DNA from: a virus
DNA length: 64,000 nucleotides
Reading direction: 5' to 3' (one strand)
Virus record (IMG/VR): IMGVR_UViG_3300020190_000049
Location: 4,680 to 68,679 of that record
Part shown: positions 44,329 to 53,012 of the stretch, piece after piece
How positions within the stretch are numbered: position 1 is the first letter of the stretch
Layout of the letters: each line of letters begins with the position of its first letter
The notes under the pieces: model-generated
Told to the model about the DNA's origin: nothing
The model's database searches: none
The model's input: the letters and a program-made list of their open reading frames with translations, nothing else
Translations under genes and position numbers: made by a program

Positions 44329-45186
44329 ATGACCACGCCAGTTACTAAAATAAAATATCTCACAAATAAAGATCTGTTAAGAGAAATACATCTAAGCAAA
44401 AACACATATTGCAGTTTTTCTAAACCGGAATATAGCGAATACGACACTATAATAACCAGTTTAGAAAAAATCAACATAAGAACTATCGCAGAGGCTAAGA
44501 GAAATAGAGCTGCTAGATTATCTAAACAAAATCACGAATCTGCTGTGCTCACAGGCGGCAAAAAACTTTCTGCTAAGGAATTTGAAATAGATTATAAAAA
44601 AATCGCTAAACAAGATGTGGTATTCCGCGTAATGACATTTGAGCATGTACCGTTAGCACCTGGTCGTAAAAAGACTCTGAAGAATACCGCGGACAGCCAC
44701 GAAAAGGTAAACTTTCCTCCGTTCCAGCATTGGAAGTTTGACGAAAACGATAATTTGATCTGCGTAGGCAAGAGCCACTGGAAAGGTGGGGTCAAAACTG
44801 GTAAATTCAACAAAGAGCACGGCAGGATGACTGACAATCTAGCCCGCATGTTCCTTAAACTCTGCGAGAGATATGCGACTCGAGGTAATGTCCGTGGATA
44901 CACCTACAACGACGAGATGCGTGGACAGGCTATCCTACAGTTAACACAGATTGGATTACAGTTTGACGAGAGTAAATCTGACAATCCTTTCGCTTATTAT
45001 ACTGCTGCTGTGACTAATTCCTTCGTGCGTATCATCAATATCGAAAAACGCAATCAGAATATCAGGGACGACATATTAGAGATGAACGGTATGAACCCTT
45101 CCTGGACTAGGCAGAACAGCGGTGGAGGGAATTATATAGGTAATAGTGGTGCTACTTCCGGAGAAGGATCAGGCTTTGATGATTGA
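44329..45186 (+). CDS. gp55: late-transcription sigma factor (T4 gp55-like)
   Basis: YLTNKDLL at the N-terminus, NVRGYTYNDEM, FDESKSDNPFAYYT...SFVRIINIEK; adjacent to gp47/gp46 as in T4. Confidence 0.8.
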   Translation: MTTPVTKIKYLTNKDLLREIHLSKNTYCSFSKPEYSEYDTIITSLEKINIRTIAEAKRNRAARLSKQNHESAVLTGGKKLSAKEFEIDYKKIAKQDVVFRVMTFEHVPLAPGRKKTLKNTADSHEKVNFPPFQHWKFDENDNLICVGKSHWKGGVKTGKFNKEHGRMTDNLARMFLKLCERYATRGNVRGYTYNDEMRGQAILQLTQIGLQFDESKSDNPFAYYTAAVTNSFVRIINIEKRNQNIRDDILEMNGMNPSWTRQNSGGGNYIGNSGATSGEGSGFDD

Positions 45187-45212
45187 TCATGTAGAACAAA
45201 TTGTAGTAAAAT
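45183..45212 (+). promoter_or_regulatory. possible sigma70-type promoter (TTGATC-N18-TAAAAT)
   Basis: Partial consensus match upstream of gp47; weak evidence in AT-rich DNA. Confidence 0.3.
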
Positions 45213-45251
45213 TAAAAGTCTCCGGATAGATTGCAGATAGGAAAAAACTCT

Positions 45252-46262
45252 ATGGCATTATTTAAAAAATTAGCAGCATTTACCGACATACACTTCGGAT
45301 TGAAATCGGGTAGTAGGACACACAATCAAGATTGTGAAGACTTTGTAAAATGGTTCTGTGAAACTGCTAGGACAGAAGGTTGTGAAACTGCTATATTCCT
45401 AGGCGACTGGCATCATAATAGAAGTGCTACAGATGTTTCTACCATGAACTACACGCTTTCGAATCTCGAAAGGCTTAGTAAAAACTTCGAAAAGGTTTAT
45501 TTTATCTTAGGCAACCACGATCTATTCTATAAAGACAAACGCGAAATTAATTCTGTAGAATTTATGAGATTGTTTCCTAACGTCATTCCGATTCGAGAAC
45601 CTTTTACTGGAGGTGATGTCACTATTCTACCTTGGCTAGTAGGTGATGAATGGAAGGATGTTCCTCAAATCAAAAGTCGATACATATTCGGACACCTAGA
45701 ATTGCCATCATTTTACATGAACGCCATGGTACAGATGCCGGATCACGGACAATTGCAGCGCAGTCATTTTAAAAATCAAGAATACGTGTTCACTGGACAC
45801 TTCCATAAACGCCAGCATAGCGGAAATATCATTTACATGGGCAATGCTTTCCCCCATAACTATGCAGATGCTGGCGACGATGATCGCGGCATGATGATCC
45901 TAGAGTGGGGTGGCACACCAGAATATCGCACATGGCCCGATCAACCGGTCTACAGATTGTACAGGTTAAGTCAAATCATGGATGACAGTGACAATCTCAT
46001 GAGACCAAAGATGCACTGTCGTGTCACTATCGATCTTCCTATCACATTCGAAGAGGCTAATTTTATCAAAGAACAGTTTATTCCGCAATATAGTCTCAGA
46101 GAACTGATGCTGATACCTGAAAAAGTAGAAATAGAAAGCAGTTCAACTCCCATCGATATCGCTTTCGAATCAGTAGATACTATCGTCATGAATCAACTGA
46201 ACGCCATCGATAGTGATGCATACGACAAAGCCTTGTTGCTAGACATATACAAAGATCTATGA
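45252..46262 (+). CDS. gp47: recombination endonuclease subunit (Mre11/SbcD-like)
   Basis: DIHFG, LGDWHH, GNHD, GHLE, GHFH metallophosphoesterase motifs; ATG 45252 preferred. Confidence 0.92.
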   Translation: MALFKKLAAFTDIHFGLKSGSRTHNQDCEDFVKWFCETARTEGCETAIFLGDWHHNRSATDVSTMNYTLSNLERLSKNFEKVYFILGNHDLFYKDKREINSVEFMRLFPNVIPIREPFTGGDVTILPWLVGDEWKDVPQIKSRYIFGHLELPSFYMNAMVQMPDHGQLQRSHFKNQEYVFTGHFHKRQHSGNIIYMGNAFPHNYADAGDDDRGMMILEWGGTPEYRTWPDQPVYRLYRLSQIMDDSDNLMRPKMHCRVTIDLPITFEEANFIKEQFIPQYSLRELMLIPEKVEIESSSTPIDIAFESVDTIVMNQLNAIDSDAYDKALLLDIYKDL

Positions 46263-48040
46263 CTATTAAAATAAAAAATCTCACAGTACGTAATTTCATG
46301 AGCGTGGGCAATCAAACCCAGGCTATCGACTTTGATCGTGGACAGCTAACTTTAGTCCTAGGTGAAAATCTAGATCTAGGAGGTGATGATTCCGGTGCTC
46401 GAAACGGTACGGGCAAGACAACAATCATAAATGGACTAAGTTATGCTATCTACGGCCAAGCCTTGACTAATATCAAACGCGACAATCTAGTTAACAAGAT
46501 CAACGGTAAAGGCATGTTGGTCACTGTAACTTTTGAAAAAGACGGTGCTGAATACCACATCGAAAGAGGTCGTAAACCTAACTTATTGAGATTTTCAATC
46601 AATGGTCAAGAACAGGATCTAAAAGATTTAGATGAAAGTCAAGGCGACAGTCGAGAAACACAAAAGGCCATAGAAGAAATATTTGGAATGAGTCCTGATA
46701 TGTTCAAGCATCTCGTAGCTCTAAACACTTATACAGAACCATTTTTAAGCATGAAGGCTGCAGATCAACGTGCTATTATCGAAGAATTATTAGGCATCAC
46801 ACTGTTAAGCGAAAAAGCAGATCACCTCAAAGAGCAGATTAAATTTAGCAAAGATGCTATCGCTACAGAAAACACCAAAATAGAAACTATCAAAATTTCC
46901 AACGATAAAATACAGCAGAGCATCCAAGCATTAGAGAGAAAACAAAAAATATGGAGCGAAAATAATGCTGCAGCGATCGGAGATCTCGAAACTAGCATAC
47001 GTCATCTAGAAAAGATCGATATCGAAGCAGAGATATCTGCCCACAAATGTTGGGACGACTACAACAAACGCAAGAATCGCAAGCAAGAAGCAGAACGATG
47101 GCTCGCCAGCATCATTGCGGACAACCAGAAACAAGAAAAACTTATAGAAAAACTTAAAAAAGAAATAGAAAGCCTCGAGGCTCATAAATGTTATGCCTGC
47201 GGTCAAGATGTGCATGATAACAAACAAGCAGAAATACTCAAGCAAAAAACAGATCAAATCAAAGAAGCGGCTCTGCAGATATTAGCCAACCAGACACAGG
47301 AACAAGAACATCAGGACACGCTGAAAGAAATCGGTGAGATAGAGAATTGTCCGGTAACACAATACGACACTATCGAGCAGGCCTACAATCATCGCAGCAC
47401 TGTGGAAGGATTACAGAAGGAGTTGACTGCCAAACAGGTCGAAACTAATCCTTATACCGATCAGATCGAAGAATTATCTAAAACGGCTTTGCAAGAAATC
47501 GACTGGGAAATGATCAATGAATTGACTAGAATCAAAGATCATCAAGAATTTTTATACAAATTGCTAACAAGCAAGGATAGTTTCGTACGTAAGCGTATTA
47601 TCGATCAGAATCTAGCATTTTTAAACCAACGACTAACATATTATCTCGATAAAATCGGCTTGCCGCACATCGTAGAATTTCAAAATGATCTGTCGGTGCT
47701 TATCACACAATTAGGCCAGGATCTAGATTTTGACAATTTATCTAGAGGTGAACGCAATAGATTGATACTTTCCATGTCATGGGCTTTCCGTGATGTATGG
47801 GAAAATCTCTATCACAGCATCAATCTACTTTTTATTGACGAACTAGTAGATTCGGGTATGGATGCCAGCGGGGTAGAATCTAGTATCGCTGTACTAAAAA
47901 AGATGACCCGCGAACGCGATAAGAATGTTTTCTTGATTTCTCATAGAGATGATCTAACCAGCCGTGTTAACCATGTCTTAAAGGTGATCAAAGAAAACGG
48001 TTTCACTTCGTACAGCACAGATATTGATATCATAGAATAA
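46259..48040 (+). CDS. gp46: recombination ATPase subunit (Rad50/SbcC-like)
   Basis: Walker A NGTGKT, zinc hook CYAC, signature LSRGE, Walker B FIDE, ISH. Confidence 0.93.
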   Translation: MTIKIKNLTVRNFMSVGNQTQAIDFDRGQLTLVLGENLDLGGDDSGARNGTGKTTIINGLSYAIYGQALTNIKRDNLVNKINGKGMLVTVTFEKDGAEYHIERGRKPNLLRFSINGQEQDLKDLDESQGDSRETQKAIEEIFGMSPDMFKHLVALNTYTEPFLSMKAADQRAIIEELLGITLLSEKADHLKEQIKFSKDAIATENTKIETIKISNDKIQQSIQALERKQKIWSENNAAAIGDLETSIRHLEKIDIEAEISAHKCWDDYNKRKNRKQEAERWLASIIADNQKQEKLIEKLKKEIESLEAHKCYACGQDVHDNKQAEILKQKTDQIKEAALQILANQTQEQEHQDTLKEIGEIENCPVTQYDTIEQAYNHRSTVEGLQKELTAKQVETNPYTDQIEELSKTALQEIDWEMINELTRIKDHQEFLYKLLTSKDSFVRKRIIDQNLAFLNQRLTYYLDKIGLPHIVEFQNDLSVLITQLGQDLDFDNLSRGERNRLILSMSWAFRDVWENLYHSINLLFIDELVDSGMDASGVESSIAVLKKMTRERDKNVFLISHRDDLTSRVNHVLKVIKENGFTSYSTDIDIIE

Positions 48041-48270
48041 TGTCTACAGACTCACACGATCAAATGATACAGGCGTTCCAAGAATATTTTAAATGGCAGG
48101 AGCGTTTTGAGTACAGAGGCAGCGACGAAGCAGGCATCAAGGCAAGATTTTGGTTGGCAGAAATACGCAGACAGGCGATGTTGAGGCGTAAAGAAATACA
48201 GGCAAAAAGAGAACAAAGAAAAACATCCAGAAAAGGCACGAGAGGCAAACCACTGAATATAACTAAATGA
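48040..48270 (+). CDS. small basic hypothetical protein
   Basis: 76 aa, coupled to the gp46 stop; Arg/Lys-rich helix. Confidence 0.7.
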   Translation: MSTDSHDQMIQAFQEYFKWQERFEYRGSDEAGIKARFWLAEIRRQAMLRRKEIQAKREQRKTSRKGTRGKPLNITK

Positions 48271-48705
48271 GTGCTGTGGACGTATCAAAACGAGTTCGTA
48301 GAAGAAATACCCGAAGGCTACATTGGCTTCGTGTATCTTATCACGAATCTACAGACCGGACAGAAATACATAGGCAAGAAACTAGCACAGTTTAAAAAAA
48401 CTCGACCACCACTCAAAGGCAAACGACTTAAAAGAAGATCTACAGTTGAAAGCGATTGGCGCGATTATTGGGGTTCTTCCGATAGGCTCAACGCAGATGT
48501 CCAAGCACTAGGTCCGGAAAACTTCACTAGAGAAATACTTTATCTTTGCAAATCCAAGGCAGAAATGTCATATCTAGAGGCAAGAGAGCAGTTTGAACGC
48601 AGGGTTTTAGAGTCTGATGACTATTATAATGGCATTATAAACGTCAGAGTTGGCGGCTCAAACACGCTTAGGCAGCGTCTACAAGAACAATCTAAGGCAA
48701 AATAA
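48271..48705 (+). CDS. GIY-YIG endonuclease (Seg-like catalytic domain only)
   Basis: GFVYLITN...KYIGKK, YWGSS, FTREIL, conserved E (YLEAREQ) and YYN. Confidence 0.88.
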   Translation: MLWTYQNEFVEEIPEGYIGFVYLITNLQTGQKYIGKKLAQFKKTRPPLKGKRLKRRSTVESDWRDYWGSSDRLNADVQALGPENFTREILYLCKSKAEMSYLEAREQFERRVLESDDYYNGIINVRVGGSNTLRQRLQEQSKAK

Positions 48706-48711
48706 CGCGGT

Positions 48712-49065
48712 ATTTTGGCTAGCGCAGGCTAATTTCTTGCGCCCATGATAAGGGGAACATGATTCGCCCGGACGGAAATCCTTGCCGCAGAGGTACTCAA
48801 CCACTATCCTTGACAGGACGTTAATGGCAAAGACCTTGCTGTATGGTTGTTTGGAGAGCGAAATAGGCAAAATGAGGGGAGAAAAACCCCACGTCTACAG
48901 GTATGATAGCAGATATTTGTAGGCCGCCGTTGTGATAAGACGGAGCTCGAGGTACCGGACAACCGCCTCTGTAATGCTCTACTGCTGTGTGACCGTATGC
49001 GACTCGGATAATGCTTCTTAGCCCTAGGTTGGGCTAAGTGTGACTGGACGATCTGGATAATACTA
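48712..49065 (+). ncRNA. candidate large structured non-coding RNA of unknown class
   Basis: No plausible ORF, GC-richer than its flanks, at least eight stems with G-U pairs on the + strand and a 7-bp loop pseudoknot; boundaries approximate. Confidence 0.6.
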
Positions 49066-49067
49066 AC

Positions 49068-49174
49068 TTTGCGCTTCGCGCAAAAAAATTATTACGTCTA
49101 ATATCGAAATAATTAAAAGAAAAGAAAGTGCGTTGAGCGCGAGCGAAAACGCAAACGAGCGTATGCTCGTTTTT
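49068..49174. other. cluster of GC-rich inverted repeats flanking an AT-rich spacer
   Basis: TTTGCGC-TTC-GCGCAAA (49068-49084), TGCGTT...AACGCA (49129-49153), AAACGAGC-GTAT-GCTCGTTT (49153-49172) followed by Ts. Confidence 0.6.
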
Positions 49175-49177
49175 ACA

Positions 49178-49184
49178 ATAAATA
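49178..49184 (+). promoter_or_regulatory. putative late promoter (ATAAATA)
   Basis: Lies 25 nt upstream of ATG 49209. Confidence 0.6.
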
Positions 49185-49208
49185 AACTATATTCTTTGGA
49201 TTCGTCAC

Positions 49209-51332
49209 ATGAGATTAATGCATCTAGAGCCTCAACTAAAACGAAATTATCTATACGAAGGTCTAGGTGATTCTGACAGAACTTCGGCGATGTTATGGGA
49301 AACCGCAGGTCACGAACTGCGAGAAGCAGCACTGACCGCTGATCAAATACAGAATCTGTTCAAAGAGATCGAAGCCGGAGCCACTGCCGCTGGCGACAAT
49401 AGAACTATGCTAGGCAAAGGCAAAGACGCTGTGTCGGCGGTCAACAAGGCCTGGGAAGATCTCAAAACAAAGATGCAGGATTCGGGTCCTGTCAAAGGGT
49501 TCGATCAGAAAGTCAGCGATGCGCTCAGCAAGATAGGCATGGGAGCCGCTGAACCAGAATTCAATGGGCAGGTCAATAAATGGGTACAAAAATATCGTGA
49601 CTTTGCCAAAAAACACCCTATCGCGCAGGGCGCTATCTATGCTACATTGATCGCACTGGCAGGTATCACGGGTGCTGGCATAGGTGGTGCTGCGGCGCTG
49701 GGTCTGCTCAAGATGGCGGATCAACTCTTGCAAGGTAAACGCTTTTCGTCAGCGGCCTATTCAGGTGTCAAGGCAGGCGCCCTGGCATTTGCTGCTTCTA
49801 AGTTAGGAGATCTGATTAAAGGAGCCAAACCAGGAGAACAGATCCCAGTCAGTCCTGAAGATTCTGCAGCGTGGCAAGCGGTCAAACGTGATTTTGAAAA
49901 TTATGATTATTACCTGCATCCCTCAAACGACAGTGTAATTGCCGTGCCTAAAGGCATGGGCAATCCGTTTGATCCATCCACGGCTGCTGGAGCCGCTAGA
50001 GATCAACTTACAAATATGTCTGCCGGAGCACTGAGAGATCAAGCAAGATCTATCGCAGATCGAGCTGTAGAAGATGCATTGAAATCGGGAGTAACTAGAC
50101 CTAACGAACTAGCAGACGCTGCGGCCATGGCCATGGAAAAAGCAGGTGTAGGCACTAATGTAGGTGGTAAACTGTCTGTGCAGACTGTAGAACGTATCGC
50201 CGATCAGGCCGCTGATGCTGCTAGGTCAGTGTCCAGCGGTGCTGCCAAAGGTGCTGCTCAAAGCGCAGGAACATCTGCCGCTGACATGGCAGCATCGATT
50301 TCAGATGTTCCTGCCGGTGGTGGCATTAAAGCGCCGGATTTTGATGCGGGAGATGCTGTGTCCAAAGCCGCAGATGCTTCATCCTCGATGCCCAAAGGCG
50401 CTACATTTAGTCCCGATTATCTGCAGGGAGTAGTAGACGGAGAAATATCTAGACCAAAGATATCTGCAAGTGATGCTCAAGCCGCTCTAGATTGGCAGGC
50501 TCAGAATGGCGGGCAGAGCAAGATCAATCTAGGCGCCACTGATCCAGTACCACCTGAAGAAGCAGGCAAAACGAGACCGTTCGCTAACAAAACACGCATG
50601 CCTGCATCTGATGTGCAGACTACCACAGCACCCGATGGTACTACCACTACCACAGGTACTCTCAAAGGTGTGACCAGCGATCAGATCCAGAGCCACCCAG
50701 CATACAAAGCAGAAATTGAACGATGGGGAGACAACCCAGAAAGCAGGCGAGCCGCGGCAATGAAAGCTCGTGCAGCCTTGCTCAAGGGAGAAATTGGCGC
50801 CGGAGACACAGTACCTCCAGATCAGGCTGCAGAACAACCTCTGCGATTGAGACCACGCATCAAGCGTCCCGCAGAAAGCCGGACCTATCCTGGACGCAAA
50901 CTCAGCGAAGGTCAAGTCTACATGGTCATCAATCGTGTCTGTGCGAAAAATCAACAGATGCTGGCAGAAGGACTGATCTTCGAAGGACCTTGGGACGCTA
51001 TCAAGGGCGCGGCCAGCAAAGGCATGGACTGGGTCAAGACCAAAGGCAAGAATCTCACTACCAAAGTAACCGCAGACAAACTAACATCGGCCTGGAAGAG
51101 TGCAGGCAGTCCCATGGACAGCAATGCTATAGCAGACCTACTCAAAGCACAAGGTGTCGCCGACACAGTGATATCATCTGTGTACTCACAATTAAAATTA
51201 CCAGCACCTGGTGCTGCCGATCATGCAGGTACTGTAGACATAGAAACCGTTAAACAGATGATCGCTAAATTGCCTACGGATCGTAAGGTAAGATTAATTA
51301 ATTACATGACCAAACAACTCAAGGTAGCCTAA
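49209..51332 (+). CDS. putative internal head/ejection protein
   Basis: 707 aa Ala-rich protein with a hydrophobic segment GAIYATLIALAGITGAGIGGAAALGLL and several (L/I)xE-G sites; late promoter upstream. Confidence 0.5.
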   Translation: MRLMHLEPQLKRNYLYEGLGDSDRTSAMLWETAGHELREAALTADQIQNLFKEIEAGATAAGDNRTMLGKGKDAVSAVNKAWEDLKTKMQDSGPVKGFDQKVSDALSKIGMGAAEPEFNGQVNKWVQKYRDFAKKHPIAQGAIYATLIALAGITGAGIGGAAALGLLKMADQLLQGKRFSSAAYSGVKAGALAFAASKLGDLIKGAKPGEQIPVSPEDSAAWQAVKRDFENYDYYLHPSNDSVIAVPKGMGNPFDPSTAAGAARDQLTNMSAGALRDQARSIADRAVEDALKSGVTRPNELADAAAMAMEKAGVGTNVGGKLSVQTVERIADQAADAARSVSSGAAKGAAQSAGTSAADMAASISDVPAGGGIKAPDFDAGDAVSKAADASSSMPKGATFSPDYLQGVVDGEISRPKISASDAQAALDWQAQNGGQSKINLGATDPVPPEEAGKTRPFANKTRMPASDVQTTTAPDGTTTTTGTLKGVTSDQIQSHPAYKAEIERWGDNPESRRAAAMKARAALLKGEIGAGDTVPPDQAAEQPLRLRPRIKRPAESRTYPGRKLSEGQVYMVINRVCAKNQQMLAEGLIFEGPWDAIKGAASKGMDWVKTKGKNLTTKVTADKLTSAWKSAGSPMDSNAIADLLKAQGVADTVISSVYSQLKLPAPGAADHAGTVDIETVKQMIAKLPTDRKVRLINYMTKQLKVA

Positions 51333-52666
51333 TGAAGATCAACGAGATATTGATAGAATCACAACTGCAGGAAGGACCTCTCCTAAACAAACTAGGATCA
51401 GCCATCGGTAAAGGTGTTGGCACATTGGCCAAAGGTGTTGGTGCAGTAGCAGGCGGCATCGCAGGTATAGGATCTGCTGTTAAAAAAGGTTATCAGGCCG
51501 GTAAAGCGCAGGTAGGTGCTGCAGGAGACGACGCACCATCGCCTGCAGCAGGGCCTGGGACGACTGCTACTGGAAGTGCTCCAGCGGCGAAACCTGCTGC
51601 AGGTTCTACAGCAGGAGCAGCCAAACCTGGAACACAGACATTAGCCAATCCCAAAGATCCTAACACGGGTACTACCCCTGCTGCTGCCGCAGGCCAAGAT
51701 GGAGCAGCAGGTGCAGCAGGCAAACCAGGTGCCGCTGGTGCCGCAGGCCAAGATGGAGCAGCAGGTGCAGCAGGCAAACCAGGTGCCGCTGGTGCCGCAG
51801 GCCAAGATGGAGCAGCAGGTGCAGCAGGCCAAGATGGAGCAGCAGGTGCAGCAGGCCAAGATGGAGCAGCAGGTGCAGCAGGCAAACCAGGTACACCTAA
51901 AACCAAACCTCAACCTGTTGCGGCCGGACCTGCAGATTCTCAAGGAAGAATTGAACCTAAGATGGGATCCACAGCATCTGCTAACGACACACAGTATGCT
52001 CAAGCACAGAAAGCCATAGCCGCACTACAACCAGAAGATCAAAAACAGATTTTAGCGGCATTACAATCTGATCCAAAAGTAAAATCGTCTCTGTCTCAGC
52101 AGACTACTAAACAACCTGTCGCACAAACAGGAACTACCAAAGGTGCTCCAGGTAAACCTACTTTTACAGGAGTTCCTAAGAAAAATCCAACGCCTAAAGG
52201 AGAACCACCTTCAGCGACACCCGCAGCAGAACCCGCACTTACGAAAACTAAGGGTCGTAAAAAACCGGCAGCACCTAGTCAAGCAGAGATTGATGCTGAT
52301 CGTGAAAGACTTATAGGCCCAACCAGTGACAGTATTATCAGAAGAGGACGATCTATAGTCGAACATATTGATGAAGCAGGACTGATGGCCAAACTAGGAA
52401 CCAAAGTTGGACAGGCCGCACAGGCAGTGGGCAAGACCGCAGGCAAAGCAGTTGGCACGGTGCAGCAGGCTGTGCCTGATGCTGATCACGCCAAAGCACT
52501 GGTTAAAGCATTTAATACAGGTAATACCAGTGCTGATCCAAACAGTCGTCCGCCCATACAAGACAGCAGCGGTACAGTACCTAGACCGATCATAGACAAA
52601 ATAAATCAGCTTAATCTAGAACAACGTGCAGAACTGCACAAATTAATTACACAGAAGACCTTATGA
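51332..52666 (+). CDS. putative internal head protein with a collagen-like (Gly-X-Y)23 tract
   Basis: N-terminus MKINEILIESQLQEG; uninterrupted G-X-Y triplets. Confidence 0.6.
   Translation: MKINEILIESQLQEGPLLNKLGSAIGKGVGTLAKGVGAVAGGIAGIGSAVKKGYQAGKAQVGAAGDDAPSPAAGPGTTATGSAPAAKPAAGSTAGAAKPGTQTLANPKDPNTGTTPAAAAGQDGAAGAAGKPGAAGAAGQDGAAGAAGKPGAAGAAGQDGAAGAAGQDGAAGAAGQDGAAGAAGKPGTPKTKPQPVAAGPADSQGRIEPKMGSTASANDTQYAQAQKAIAALQPEDQKQILAALQSDPKVKSSLSQQTTKQPVAQTGTTKGAPGKPTFTGVPKKNPTPKGEPPSATPAAEPALTKTKGRKKPAAPSQAEIDADRERLIGPTSDSIIRRGRSIVEHIDEAGLMAKLGTKVGQAAQAVGKTAGKAVGTVQQAVPDADHAKALVKAFNTGNTSADPNSRPPIQDSSGTVPRPIIDKINQLNLEQRAELHKLITQKTL
51692..51898 (+). repeat. collagen-like repeat built from 27-bp units (GQDGAAGAA / GKPGAAGAA)
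   Basis: 23 consecutive Gly-X-Y triplets. Confidence 0.92.
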
Positions 52667-52782
52667 AAATCCAAGAACTCACAGAACAGGAAATCGACAT
52701 AAACGCTCTAGCAGACGAAATCGTCAAGGCCGGCATGCAGGTATATCAGATGGTTCAAAAACTAATAGAACCCAAAGGCTAA
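52663..52782 (+). CDS. 39 aa small protein (absent from the ORF track)
   Basis: ATGA overlap with the previous stop; MKIQELTEQEIDINALADEIVKAGMQVYQMVQKLIEPKG; N-terminus mirrors the upstream gene. Confidence 0.6.
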   Translation: MKIQELTEQEIDINALADEIVKAGMQVYQMVQKLIEPKG

Positions 52783-53012
52783 AAGAAAGGCAATTTGGTC
52801 TTTTTAGTAGTTTCTAGATTTTCTTTGATTATCTCTCCGACGATCATGCGCTCGTCATAGCTTAACATCAATGCTTCTTGATATCCCATACCTCGCATAT
52901 ACCAACAGATCTTTAGTATATCTTTCTTGATGTCTCGTTCTTCTTTCTCTAGTTGCCTGACATATTCTTGGATCTCAACCAGAGACTGAGTTAAGACCCT
53001 TTGCCGAAAAAA
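52779..53012 (-). CDS. tail/baseplate assembly chaperone C-terminal extension, probably reached by -1 frameshift
   Basis: Open in the -1 frame from slippery site T TTT TTC; WYMRGMGYQEALMLSYDER resembles GT-type chaperone extensions. Confidence 0.6.
   Translation of the reverse strand, partial: FFRQRVLTQSLVEIQEYVRQLEKEERDIKKDILKICWYMRGMGYQEALMLSYDERMIVGEIIKENLETTKKTKLPFF

Noticed and set aside
48706-49065. Group I/II intron, tmRNA, RNase P or tRNA identity for the structured region
   Set aside because: No interrupted host gene and no recognisable P7/J8-7, domain V, tRNA-like ends or GAGGAAAGUCC signature by eye; a covariance search is still needed
51493-52019. Several repetitive overlapping ORFs (PAAPAAPSW, CCTCCSILA, MEQQVQQA)
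   Set aside because: Shadow frames of the collagen-like repeat
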